The notes beneath the pieces are model-generated. The model was not told the DNA's origin and did not search any database. It worked only from the letters and a program-made list of their open reading frames with translations. Source: Candidatus Thorarchaeota archaeon (GTDB lineage Archaea > Asgardarchaeota > Thorarchaeia > Thorarchaeales > Thorarchaeaceae). From it: a stretch of DNA of 64,000 nucleotides. Shown piece by piece: positions 9,865 through 18,703 of this stretch (position 1 is its first letter; every line of letters starts with the position of its first letter). The stretch covers positions 5,837 through 69,836 of the forward strand of contig JAWAQK010000004.1 in assembly GCA_038893995.1 (NCBI GenBank), read 5' to 3'. The translations under genes and the position numbers were made by a program.

Positions 9865-10644
9865 TCATGTACCAGCAAGGGCCCTGGCAAAAGTGATGTA
9901 TCCCGTATGACCCACCATCCATGTGGGGGGCCGAGTCTTCCCCTCCCTGACCATGATCTCCCGCTGAAGTACCTCGACTGTCTTGACCATCCCCCACTTT
10001 CCACTCTCACCGAGAGCACGACATGTCTTCATGACCTGTTCGATCGTTGGACTGTAGCTGACGATGTATCTGCTTGGCTTGAGGACAGTGTGCGCGATGT
10101 CAAGCACCTCCCACGGAGTTGCCAGGTCAAGTACAACAGCATCCACGTCTCTCTCCTCTATTCCCTCGCGGATATCCCTGTTGTACATTGTCACATTATG
10201 GGTCAGTCCGAATCTCTCAAGATTCCTCCTGGCGTCGTCGAACATGTCCTTTCGTATCTCGTAGGTGTAAACATGGCCCGTCGGCCCGACAGCTCTGGAG
10301 AGTATGCTTGTCAGGGCGCCAGAACCCGTGCCACTCTCAACAACTCGAGACCCAGCGACTATCTCGGCCTCGACAAGGATAGTCCCTGCATCCTTTGGAT
10401 ATACTATCTGAGTGTTTCTTCCCAATGAGACCTGTATGTCCGTCTGGCTGGGCCTGTGTATCTGAAACTCATATCCGGAGTGGCTGATCACCTTTATCCC
10501 ATAGGGACGACCTATGAGTTCGTCAAAATCTATGATCCCTCTGTTGGTATGAAACTTCTCTCCGGTCTTCACGCGCTTTATCCAGTTTCTCTTTGCATCC
10601 AGGAAGATGAGGACGGGTGACCCCTCTTCTATCAGTTCGGGCAT
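9865..10644 (-). CDS. trmI: tRNA (adenine-N1)-methyltransferase TrmI (Gcd14 family)
   Basis: N-terminal beta domain, then a SAM-binding VVESGTGSGALTSIL motif and the VVLDLATPWEVL motif. Length 259 aa. Confidence 0.85.
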   Translation of the reverse strand: MPELIEEGSPVLIFLDAKRNWIKRVKTGEKFHTNRGIIDFDELIGRPYGIKVISHSGYEFQIHRPSQTDIQVSLGRNTQIVYPKDAGTILVEAEIVAGSRVVESGTGSGALTSILSRAVGPTGHVYTYEIRKDMFDDARRNLERFGLTHNVTMYNRDIREGIEERDVDAVVLDLATPWEVLDIAHTVLKPSRYIVSYSPTIEQVMKTCRALGESGKWGMVKTVEVLQREIMVREGKTRPPTWMVGHTGYITFARALAGT

Positions 10645-10745
10645 GAGCGCATCTCGTCAGGACTCGATATTAGAGTTGACGCTGCCGTGTCAAGGTCGTC
10701 TGTTCAACAAAGACTTATCCGGTCATCCTGAATACCGACAGCCGA

Positions 10746-12833
10746 TTGATAATGACAGATGGGAACGACCTTCCACCAAAGTGGGCCCTCACTGGAGAGG
10801 GGTCGTCCGTGGAGGATCATACTGCAGGACTTCAGTCCCGAATAGCCTCACATCTCGAGTTCAGACCCCTCGTACCGCAGCCGCTCGACGTGATGGTCGA
10901 CGAGCATGGCGTCATAGTCGGAAGGTCCACTTCCCTTCACAGCAGATTGGGGCCCGTTGGACTTGGACTTCTTGGTGCGGTCTCAGAGTCCTCTGACGAT
11001 CCGATCGCCTCTTTCCTGGGCAAGCCCGTCCTGATAGACCTGGTCAATCCACATGTAGTAATGGTCTCGGGAAAGAGGGGTTCTGGAAAGAGTCACACGC
11101 TGGGAGTCATTGTCGAGGAGATGGCCCGCTCGATGGAGAAGAGAGAGATCGGCGTGTCGGTGATAGTTGTTGATGTCGTCGACGTGTTCAGACAGATGGT
11201 GGAGCCGAATACAGGAGCGGCAGAGTTGCTTGCAGTATGGGGTCGTGAACCTAGGGGATATCCCGTCGCAGTCTTCATACCCCGTATGACCTACGAACAG
11301 CTACCCGACGATGTCCGTATAAAGTGGTCTCTGCATCCGCTTGCCATCTCGCCGCGTGACCTGACGCAGTCGGACTGGAGCCACGTGTTACAGAAGGAGG
11401 GGCAGCTATCAACGACAATGGAGAACCTGATTGGTGACGTATTGGACGCCATTAGGACCGGCTACGTACTACAAGACGGCGAGACTGTTCCCCCTACGGA
11501 TGACTTCAGCATTGAGGAGATGATCAGGTGCATCAGGAATGACAGTCGTTTCGATGACATCTACAAACCATCCACACGTTCAGCTCTGGTCCAGCGTCTC
11601 AGACGCCTCTCTCGTATGGGGATCTTCCTGAAGAACGGAACGAGTGTTCGGGATCTTGCCGTTGCTGGCAGGATCACCATCGTAGACATGGCGCCGTTGG
11701 GCTCCGACGCAGAGTCTGTACTTGCGGTACTGACGAACATCCTGTGTAGGCAGATACTCTACCACCGGATGTCGTGGGAGTCTGACTCGGTCGATGTTCA
11801 TGAGGAACTGCCACCTGTCTGGCTCGTGATCGATGAGGCTCAGACACTCGTTCCTCGGTCCGGGACTGCACCTGCGGGAGAAGCAATCGTAAACTACGCC
11901 AAGCTGGGTAGACGGTTTGGATGCAGCCTGATACTCTGTACACAACAGCCATCCGCAGTCTCAGACGAGGCCATCTCTCAGGTGGACCTCGCGATCTCGC
12001 ATGCTCTGACACTCGAGGCGGATATCCGTGCCCTTCAACAGCGCGCCCCTGCGCTAATGCCTGATCTTTTCAAGGAGAGGACCTTCATCACAAGCCTTCC
12101 TCGAGGTGCAGCATTGGTCTTCGACCAGAATACCGAGAACAGACGTGGCTTTCTTGTCCAGGTGCGACCCCGAGAGTCCAACCATGGTGGCTCTGACAGG
12201 CTCTCACTCCTGTTCGAGGACCTAAGGCTGCTCAGGGAGTTGGAGCCTACGAAGACCGACGAACATGTCTATGGTACTTCCGAGTCAGACAGGTCTGGTG
12301 TCACCGGAAGCCAGGATATATCAGGCATGACCAGTGATCAGGATGACCAGGGTCAGGGGAGAGATATCTCAGTTCACGAGGAATCATCCCATCTCAAGGG
12401 GGCAGTTGAGGCCACCACACCTCCGTTCAATGTGGCTGCGGTGTCAACCAAGCGGTTCGGCCCACTGCCTGAGGCCCTTCTTGAAGACGCCCTAGTCAGG
12501 ACCATGCTCTACTCACCGATCTCCCATGAGTTTCTCTTTCCGACGCCATCAGTGCGCAAGTCTGCTGTCTCGGTCGTTCGCGAGGACGCAGACCCACGAG
12601 CTCTACTGTCTGCCGTCGTCAACAGACTGAGATCACGCGGCATGGCTGTTGAGAGCCTGAACAGTGCGAACGGCATCCCCCTGGTCATGATGATCTCGGA
12701 TCAGGCCCGGGCAGTTGTCGCCGTAGCTACCAGTGGAAACTCTGTGTGCGCATCGGTCGTGGCAACTGGGGACGAGTCTCGTCAGGTGGAGGCGATTACT
12801 GATACTGTTGGTAGATTGTGCATAGACCAGTGA
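10746..12833 (+). CDS. HerA-like / DUF87 P-loop ATPase with long acidic linker and extra C-terminal domain
   Basis: Walker A VSGKRGSGKSHTLG, Walker B PVWLVIDEAQTLVP, and a LILCTQQPSAV motif. These are followed by a Ser/Asp/Gln-rich low-complexity stretch and a domain of about 150 aa. Confidence 0.72.
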   Translation: MIMTDGNDLPPKWALTGEGSSVEDHTAGLQSRIASHLEFRPLVPQPLDVMVDEHGVIVGRSTSLHSRLGPVGLGLLGAVSESSDDPIASFLGKPVLIDLVNPHVVMVSGKRGSGKSHTLGVIVEEMARSMEKREIGVSVIVVDVVDVFRQMVEPNTGAAELLAVWGREPRGYPVAVFIPRMTYEQLPDDVRIKWSLHPLAISPRDLTQSDWSHVLQKEGQLSTTMENLIGDVLDAIRTGYVLQDGETVPPTDDFSIEEMIRCIRNDSRFDDIYKPSTRSALVQRLRRLSRMGIFLKNGTSVRDLAVAGRITIVDMAPLGSDAESVLAVLTNILCRQILYHRMSWESDSVDVHEELPPVWLVIDEAQTLVPRSGTAPAGEAIVNYAKLGRRFGCSLILCTQQPSAVSDEAISQVDLAISHALTLEADIRALQQRAPALMPDLFKERTFITSLPRGAALVFDQNTENRRGFLVQVRPRESNHGGSDRLSLLFEDLRLLRELEPTKTDEHVYGTSESDRSGVTGSQDISGMTSDQDDQGQGRDISVHEESSHLKGAVEATTPPFNVAAVSTKRFGPLPEALLEDALVRTMLYSPISHEFLFPTPSVRKSAVSVVREDADPRALLSAVVNRLRSRGMAVESLNSANGIPLVMMISDQARAVVAVATSGNSVCASVVATGDESRQVEAITDTVGRLCIDQ

Positions 12834-12840
12834 GATATGG

Positions 12841-12849
12841 CTTATAAGG
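12841..12849 (+). promoter_or_regulatory. TATA-like box (CTTATAAGG) upstream of ORF 12881
   Basis: AT-rich element in an otherwise GC-balanced 47-nt intergenic spacer, 32-40 nt upstream of the TTG start. Confidence 0.25.
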
Positions 12850-12880
12850 CGGAGACACATCCGAAGCATGGGTGTTTTAA

Positions 12881-13237
12881 TTGAGCAAGACCGCTGTGCG
12901 ACCCCCGATAAACCTGAAGATTGCATCGATGATGGACTTTGTTCGCATGCTCGTGTCTTGGTCTCAGAGAGACCGCCCAGCAAGCGTATTCTACTTCTTG
13001 CATGAGGGCAGACACATCTACGGCACACTCATCTCCAACCACGGATACTACGAGATGTACGGACTTCCGTTCTGGGTGTACACCGAGACCGACAGCGCCC
13101 CTGGGGGAAGATTCCTACAGTATCGTTCAAGACCAGAAGAGAAAGTGGAGTTTGTCGACACAGTCGAGCCAGAGCCAATGACGATGTACCTGCCAGTGAT
13201 AAGACTTGCCGAGGCCCTTAGCATACTCACTCTCTAG
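12881..13237 (+). CDS. Hypothetical protein
   Basis: 118-aa ORF with a TTG start, 47 nt downstream of the HerA-like gene. Its end overlaps the convergent NUDIX gene by 4 nt. No family recognised. Confidence 0.35.
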   Translation: MSKTAVRPPINLKIASMMDFVRMLVSWSQRDRPASVFYFLHEGRHIYGTLISNHGYYEMYGLPFWVYTETDSAPGGRFLQYRSRPEEKVEFVDTVEPEPMTMYLPVIRLAEALSILTL

Positions 13238-13677
13238 ACCCGTTGCCTAGAGGACCAATATGTCCCCCTGTGTTCACTCCATCGAACAAAGTCTGCGATG
13301 ACCTGTGCATGGTCGAACGCAAGATGCTCGGAGAGTAGGCGCGTCGGAGTGAACCATGAAACGGCCGCTGCGTCATCTCCTGCCTGGGGATGTGTGGCCA
13401 GTGGTCGGCCGACGAAAACAACTGTTACGGTGTGACCACGTGGATCTCGGTCTGGACTGCTATACACGCCCATTATGTCCGTCAGGTCCACTTCGATCCC
13501 AGTCTCCTCCACGATCTCCCGGACTGCGGCATCCTCGACTCTCTCGCCGTACTCCACAAAACCTCCTGGCAATGCCCAGAATCCGCGAAACGGATCATTC
13601 TTTCTGCGGACGAGCAGAACCTGTCCTGTGTCGTCGACTACAATGACGTCTACTGTGAGTGCAGATCGAGGTCGCAT
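13234..13677 (-). CDS. NUDIX hydrolase
   Basis: Canonical Nudix box GGFVEYGERVEDAAVREIVEETG. Confidence 0.85.
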   Translation of the reverse strand: MRPRSALTVDVIVVDDTGQVLLVRRKNDPFRGFWALPGGFVEYGERVEDAAVREIVEETGIEVDLTDIMGVYSSPDRDPRGHTVTVVFVGRPLATHPQAGDDAAAVSWFTPTRLLSEHLAFDHAQVIADFVRWSEHRGTYWSSRQRV

Positions 13678-13678
13678 A

Positions 13679-14719
13679 TCAGTACAGCTCCCTTGATGAG
13701 GCCCTCATGTAATTGATGACGATGAGCCCAGCGAACAGTATGAAAGCAAGCCATATAGCAAAGTTTACCACGATCAGGTTGGTCTTGTAGAACACCTCTA
13801 TCATCAGGAAGAGTCCGACCACAGTGATGTTCGAGACCCCGCCCATCGTGGAGTTCTCGGCCATCCCGAGAGCACGTTTAGTGACCAATACGACCGCCAC
13901 GACAGCCATCGAGATGTAGTTTATGTACTGATTGAACAGATATGACGCGTTCAGGAAGGGGAGTGTTCCGATCGGCGTCGGAATTGGGGGCAGGTACACG
14001 CATAGGAAGATCATGAAGAGCGTCGCCTCAAATAGGCGGACACGGATCATTGGAATGCGAGTATAGACCATGCCGTACACCCCTCTGTCGTACTCCTGTG
14101 CGGCCACCCATATGAAGTGCACAGGGGCGCCCCAGCTGAGGGCATTGACCAGGCACTGCGACACTCCCTGCACGACACCCACCCAGAAGCTGGACCAGCT
14201 CTCTTGAATACGCTCCCAGACAAGAAGATAGCCTGGTGCAAACTGCAGCAGCACGAAGATCGACAGTAGACATACTGCAGAGGCCACGACTACTGCTGCA
14301 GCTGCAGAGATCCTCCTCATGCCCAACCTGCCGAGTGCAGCCCTATAGACGACTGTCGAGGCCAACATGATACCTCCTATCATGGACACTATCGGTGTCA
14401 CGAGTGGCAGGACGAAAAAGAGGCTCACGAAGAGAGCGTTTGCACCGTAGAAGACCCTCCACCTGAGAGGAATTGGACCGGTCGACCGTCTAGCGAGGTA
14501 TACTGTGTTTGCCATGCGATATCGTCGTAAGTAGATTATGGAATCCCACGTGACCGAGAAGATGATGGGCACCACTCCAAAGTGGAACAGTGTGTCGAGG
14601 AACTCATTTCCAAAGGGCGTCATCCTGAAGGGTAACATGTGTACCAGGATGAAGGCGTATGCAGGTATCGAGAGCGCCATGGCCATAACGACCGCCCTGG
14701 TCATCAGTACTCTGGTCAT
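13679..14719 (-). CDS. Hypothetical polytopic membrane protein
   Basis: 346 aa with about 8-9 hydrophobic helices. Its stop lies 1 nt from the NUDIX start, so the two are probably co-transcribed. Confidence 0.5.
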   Translation of the reverse strand: MTRVLMTRAVVMAMALSIPAYAFILVHMLPFRMTPFGNEFLDTLFHFGVVPIIFSVTWDSIIYLRRYRMANTVYLARRSTGPIPLRWRVFYGANALFVSLFFVLPLVTPIVSMIGGIMLASTVVYRAALGRLGMRRISAAAAVVVASAVCLLSIFVLLQFAPGYLLVWERIQESWSSFWVGVVQGVSQCLVNALSWGAPVHFIWVAAQEYDRGVYGMVYTRIPMIRVRLFEATLFMIFLCVYLPPIPTPIGTLPFLNASYLFNQYINYISMAVVAVVLVTKRALGMAENSTMGGVSNITVVGLFLMIEVFYKTNLIVVNFAIWLAFILFAGLIVINYMRASSRELY

Positions 14720-14750
14720 CGTTACCTCACACCGACAGGATTACGATTCG

Positions 14751-14757
14751 AATATAA
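14751..14757 (+). promoter_or_regulatory. TATA-like box (AATATAA) in the divergent spacer upstream of pyrF
   Basis: The only AT-rich element in the 81-nt spacer. It is 44-50 nt upstream of the pyrF GTG at 14801 and could alternatively serve the divergent gene starting at 14719. Confidence 0.25.
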
Positions 14758-14800
14758 GGCTGAGCGGACATAGTCCGCGGGTGTAATTGGAGGTCTCTTT

Positions 14801-15586
14801 GTGTTCAGGAGTAGACTCTCTGCAGCAGCCTTTGTAAGAAAGACCAGGCTCATTATCGGGCTTGACCTGGCCGCCAATATCACTGGCAAGTCTGGGATCG
14901 ATCTGAGGGCCGAGACCGACCGCGTGGAACAGAAGGCATTGCAGGTCATAGCTCAGACAGCAGACTATGCTGTTGCATTCAAGGTCAACCACCATTTGGT
15001 GTTACCCTTGGGACTGTTCGACAGGGTTCAGAGAATCGTGAGGGCCATACATGACCAGGGATTGCCAGCCATCATGGACTGTAAGATCAATGACATTGGG
15101 GACACAAACCAGTGGATTGCAAGATACTACTTTGATGCCGGATTCGATGCTGTGATCGCAAACCCGCTCGTCGGGTGGAAGGGTGGTCTCGATTCAGTAT
15201 TCCAGGAGGCACGTGAGAGATCGCGTGGAGTGATTCTCCTGTGCTACATGTCTCACCCCGCGTCCGATGAGGGATACGGACTGTGGGTCGCCTCTGAGAG
15301 GAAACAGAAGGAACACGAGCCCCTCTACCTGCGCTTTGCGAGGTTGGCCAAACAATGGGATGTGGACGGTGTCATCGTTGGAGCCACTTATCCTGACAAG
15401 ATACGCGAGGTACGTGATGCCGTCGGTAACGAGATCCCCATATTGAGTCCAGGTGTCGGCGCGCAGGGAGGCAGCGCGCGCGAGGCAATCAACGCAGGCG
15501 CCTCCTTCATCATCGCGTCTCGTTCGATAGTCTCATCCCCCGATCCAGCGGCAGCAGCTCGAACACTGGCGGAGGAGACCCGCTGA
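14801..15586 (+). CDS. pyrF: Orotidine 5'-phosphate decarboxylase
   Basis: LIIGLDL, DCKINDIGDTN and LSPGVGAQGG...IIASRSI...PAAAA closely parallel archaeal PyrF as I remember it. Confidence 0.8.
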   Translation: MFRSRLSAAAFVRKTRLIIGLDLAANITGKSGIDLRAETDRVEQKALQVIAQTADYAVAFKVNHHLVLPLGLFDRVQRIVRAIHDQGLPAIMDCKINDIGDTNQWIARYYFDAGFDAVIANPLVGWKGGLDSVFQEARERSRGVILLCYMSHPASDEGYGLWVASERKQKEHEPLYLRFARLAKQWDVDGVIVGATYPDKIREVRDAVGNEIPILSPGVGAQGGSAREAINAGASFIIASRSIVSSPDPAAAARTLAEETR

Positions 15587-15712
15587 CATGTTCGGTCACC
15601 CACTGCAGGTCGTCACACCATCGATGTACATCAGTGTACATCCGTGAGGAGATCGATGCATCAGTCACGGGACTCGGTCAGATATACATAAAGCGCCATT
15701 GAGCCAGGGTGA

Positions 15713-17032
15713 ATGCAGAGGATTTCTCTCCTGCCGCCCAGAGATCTCCTCAGGAGTCTGGATGTCATGATTGGCAATGGCTTCGGTTTTGCGAGCTGGA
15801 CCTCCTTCATCAAGGAGTCTCAGATCAGGGCCCTGTTGAAATACAATGTGAAATACTACTTTGCGGGTGGAAAGCCTGGCATTGTACCCATTGCTGCCTT
15901 TGCGGAGATCCTGCGCACCCTCAGTCAACTCTACGAGGAAAACCCCTCGATGGCACTTGACGACCTCAACTATGGTCCCACTGGTGGGCATTCCTGGTTT
16001 CAGAAGACACTTGCGAAACGACTCCGCGATGTCAGGGGAATTCCAATCGACCCTGAGACTCAGTATGACCATGTCTCGATCACTAACGGTTCTCAACAGG
16101 CTCTGTATGCCATACTCGACACGATGATTGACCCGGGCGACATAATCATCACTCCCTCGCCGGCGTACCTCGGATTCCTAGTGCCTGCAGTCAAGCTTGG
16201 AGCCCGAATTGTCACTGTTCCAACGGACCTTGAAGGAATAATTCCAGAGTACGTAGAACGTGCGATATACCTGACCCGGCTGAAGTTCAATCGAGACCCG
16301 GACATGCTATATGTTGTGCCCGATTCAGACAATCCGAAGGGCACGACTCTTTCGGCGAGCAGAAGACAGCAGCTATTTGACATATGTGAGAACTACAACA
16401 TCATGTTGGTCGAGGACTCTGCATATGCAGAGATACAGTTCAGACCTCAAATCAAGCCAATCAAGTCCCTGGATCGAGAGAACACCAGAGTGTCATATCT
16501 GGGAACCAGCAGCAAGGAGGCCGCAGTGTTGAGGGTCGGTTACTCTGTTCTGCCTCAGAGTGTTCGAGAACAGGTCCTGAAGGACAAGGGGTACCTCGAC
16601 CTATGCACATCCTCGCTGGTACAGAGGATACTCGACATCTACTACAACAAGTACATCGAAGAGGCCCTGAGGAATGCAGTTCCAAAGTATAGAGAGCGAT
16701 GTGAAGCAATGGCAAAGGCGATTGATGAGTTCTTTCCCGCTGGTACTCGGACCGATCCGACGGGTGGTTTCTTCATATGGTGGCAGAGTGACAGGCAGTT
16801 CGATAGTACAGCATACATGATGAAGACGGCGATTCCAAACGACGTCATGTATGTTCCCGGCGCCCAATTCTATCCTCAAGTCGGGTTCTCACTGACTGAT
16901 GACGGTGTCGACATTGTACCCAGCAAGATTGAAACAAACACGATGCGCCTGGGTTTCTCGTATGCATCACCAGAACTCATCTACGAGGGCATAGAACGGC
17001 TTGGAAAGATGCTATCGAGAGACATCGGTTAG
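15713..17032 (+). CDS. PLP-dependent aminotransferase, class I/II
   Basis: ITNGSQQALYAILD, YVVPDSDNPKG, MLVEDSAYAE and the Lys-containing GTSSKEAAVLRVGY block. Confidence 0.8.
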   Translation: MQRISLLPPRDLLRSLDVMIGNGFGFASWTSFIKESQIRALLKYNVKYYFAGGKPGIVPIAAFAEILRTLSQLYEENPSMALDDLNYGPTGGHSWFQKTLAKRLRDVRGIPIDPETQYDHVSITNGSQQALYAILDTMIDPGDIIITPSPAYLGFLVPAVKLGARIVTVPTDLEGIIPEYVERAIYLTRLKFNRDPDMLYVVPDSDNPKGTTLSASRRQQLFDICENYNIMLVEDSAYAEIQFRPQIKPIKSLDRENTRVSYLGTSSKEAAVLRVGYSVLPQSVREQVLKDKGYLDLCTSSLVQRILDIYYNKYIEEALRNAVPKYRERCEAMAKAIDEFFPAGTRTDPTGGFFIWWQSDRQFDSTAYMMKTAIPNDVMYVPGAQFYPQVGFSLTDDGVDIVPSKIETNTMRLGFSYASPELIYEGIERLGKMLSRDIG

Positions 17033-17082
17033 ATCCATCAGTATACATCCGATGTCAGAAATTGACTGGTGGCCTGGGCTCC

Positions 17083-17125
17083 GAGAGGTGCTCGGTGCTC
17101 CGTCTTTGGAGCGGCTGCACCTCTC
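17083..17125. terminator. Nested stem-loop in a convergent intergenic spacer (candidate bidirectional terminator or structured RNA)
   Basis: GAGAGGTGC (17083-17091) pairs with GCACCTCTC (17117-17125). The inner pair GCTCC (17097-17101) / GGAGC (17108-17112) encloses the loop GTCTTT. Confidence 0.3.
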
Positions 17126-17216
17126 AGAGGTCCCGTATGAAAGGCCGCCGGTCTGTCGTAAGCTGTTGTGATGTGAGATTCCAGTGAGTCGTCCTGACTG
17201 GACAGAGGACACACAC

Positions 17217-18563
17217 TCACTCCGATACTATGGCTACATCCCCGACCTCGCCTGTCCGCACTGACAGTGTCAGCAGGAGGGCTATCACGAGGAACACCAG
17301 CGATACCGGAAACAGGAGTGTCACTCCTTGAATGGACATCAGTAGAGCCGCGGCATCAAATATGATACCCGTGATGAAGGGACCAAGTATTGCTGCACTC
17401 ATGCTGAATCCGTAGTACAGTCCAGTTCCAGCCCCCAGCCGAGACTGCCCCAGCAGTTGCCAGACCATGACGATGGAGTTCACATTCACGAATGCCCAGC
17501 CGGTACCTGCAATGGCGAGGAGACCCAGGATGACCACGTAATCAGTGGCTGGTATCAGTAGCACCAGAGCAACCAACATCAGGACTAGCCCGATCGCTAT
17601 GGTCTTCTTGCGCCCAATTCGACCCGCCAGGTAGCCTGCAGGGACTGCGAATACTATGAATGAGATCGCTATGCCGTTCAACAGGAATGACGCATCTGCA
17701 GTAGCGAATCCCAGCACGTTAGCACCATAAGTGGTGAACCACGTCTCAATTGCGTTGTAGCTCAGAAACCAGAAGAAGATGGCAAGCAACAGAAGCATTG
17801 CAGATCTGTCTCTGGAGAGGGAAACCTGTCGTAATGCCTCGACTATCCCCATCTCTCGTTTAATCTCAGCTGGTAACGGTGTGGCTGGTTCCTTGATGAA
17901 TACGAAAAGCAGTACCAGGGCTACCACCATTATGATGGCAGTCGTCAGAAACGTCAATACCGGTCCTGACTGTTCTGCAGTGACTCCAAGCATTGCCCCG
18001 ATGACAGGGTCGTTGATCTTGTAGATCCTCGAGGCTATTGCAAAAGCATAGACGGCCCCGATACCTCCCATCAGGTTGATCACACCATTAGCCTTGCTCC
18101 TGTGTTCTGGTCCCACAAGATCCGGCATGAGTGCCACAACAGGGGCCCGGTAGAAGGCCATTGACACGTTGAACACGGTCAGTGCGGCCATCATGAACCA
18201 GAACGACGCCATTGCCCATCCGTACGCGATCAGAACGAAGGTGACTGATGCGATAGGGACACCGACCATTATGTATGGCATCCTCCGGCCCCATCTGGTC
18301 CAGGTCCTGTCACTCCGCGCTCCGATATACGGTTGGAGAAAGAACGCGAATATGTTGTCAAGCACCATTATGGCACCAATGATGGTCATCTGAAAATCAC
18401 CGGTGATGAAGACCGGTAAGAAGTCCTTAGGCAGATAGCTGTTGTAGACACCCCAGCTGACGCCTGTAGTAAAGAACCCGAGTCCGATGGTCAGCACGTA
18501 CAGCCATCTCATTCTCTCGGGTCCGCCGGCGTATCCATTGCGCTCATTATTGACTGAACTCAT
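17217..18563 (-). CDS. MFS transporter (GPH/SLC45-like)
   Basis: About 12 TM helices. The loop motif RSDRTWTRWGRRMPYIMVG is typical of glycoside/cation-symporter-like MFS proteins. Confidence 0.78.
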   Translation of the reverse strand: MSSVNNERNGYAGGPERMRWLYVLTIGLGFFTTGVSWGVYNSYLPKDFLPVFITGDFQMTIIGAIMVLDNIFAFFLQPYIGARSDRTWTRWGRRMPYIMVGVPIASVTFVLIAYGWAMASFWFMMAALTVFNVSMAFYRAPVVALMPDLVGPEHRSKANGVINLMGGIGAVYAFAIASRIYKINDPVIGAMLGVTAEQSGPVLTFLTTAIIMVVALVLLFVFIKEPATPLPAEIKREMGIVEALRQVSLSRDRSAMLLLLAIFFWFLSYNAIETWFTTYGANVLGFATADASFLLNGIAISFIVFAVPAGYLAGRIGRKKTIAIGLVLMLVALVLLIPATDYVVILGLLAIAGTGWAFVNVNSIVMVWQLLGQSRLGAGTGLYYGFSMSAAILGPFITGIIFDAAALLMSIQGVTLLFPVSLVFLVIALLLTLSVRTGEVGDVAIVSE

Positions 18564-18703
18564 ACCTTACTCCTCGAGTAAAGACGAACTTGACCGGTCA
18601 TTGTAAAGACGGGTATATAGACTGTCGGTCTGCCCGACCGGTCGACACAGTTCAACCAGTAGGATATGTTGTCTCATCCCGCGTATCGTGGACCCATGTC
18701 GAA

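Noticed and set aside
15665-16096. 143-aa minus-strand ORF
   Set aside because: Overlaps the aminotransferase CDS, which has clear family motifs. No motifs of its own.
15629-17051. The 16-nt flanking motif as terminal repeats of a mobile element
   Set aside because: The copies are direct, not inverted. They enclose only a housekeeping-type aminotransferase, with no transposase, integrase or target-site duplication visible.
17033-17216. Possible tRNA or small RNA gene in the convergent spacer (also looked at 28116-28295, 33996-34120 and 44674-44821)
   Set aside because: No cloverleaf arrangement or GTTCRANNC T-loop was found by eye. Only the hairpin reported above was seen.
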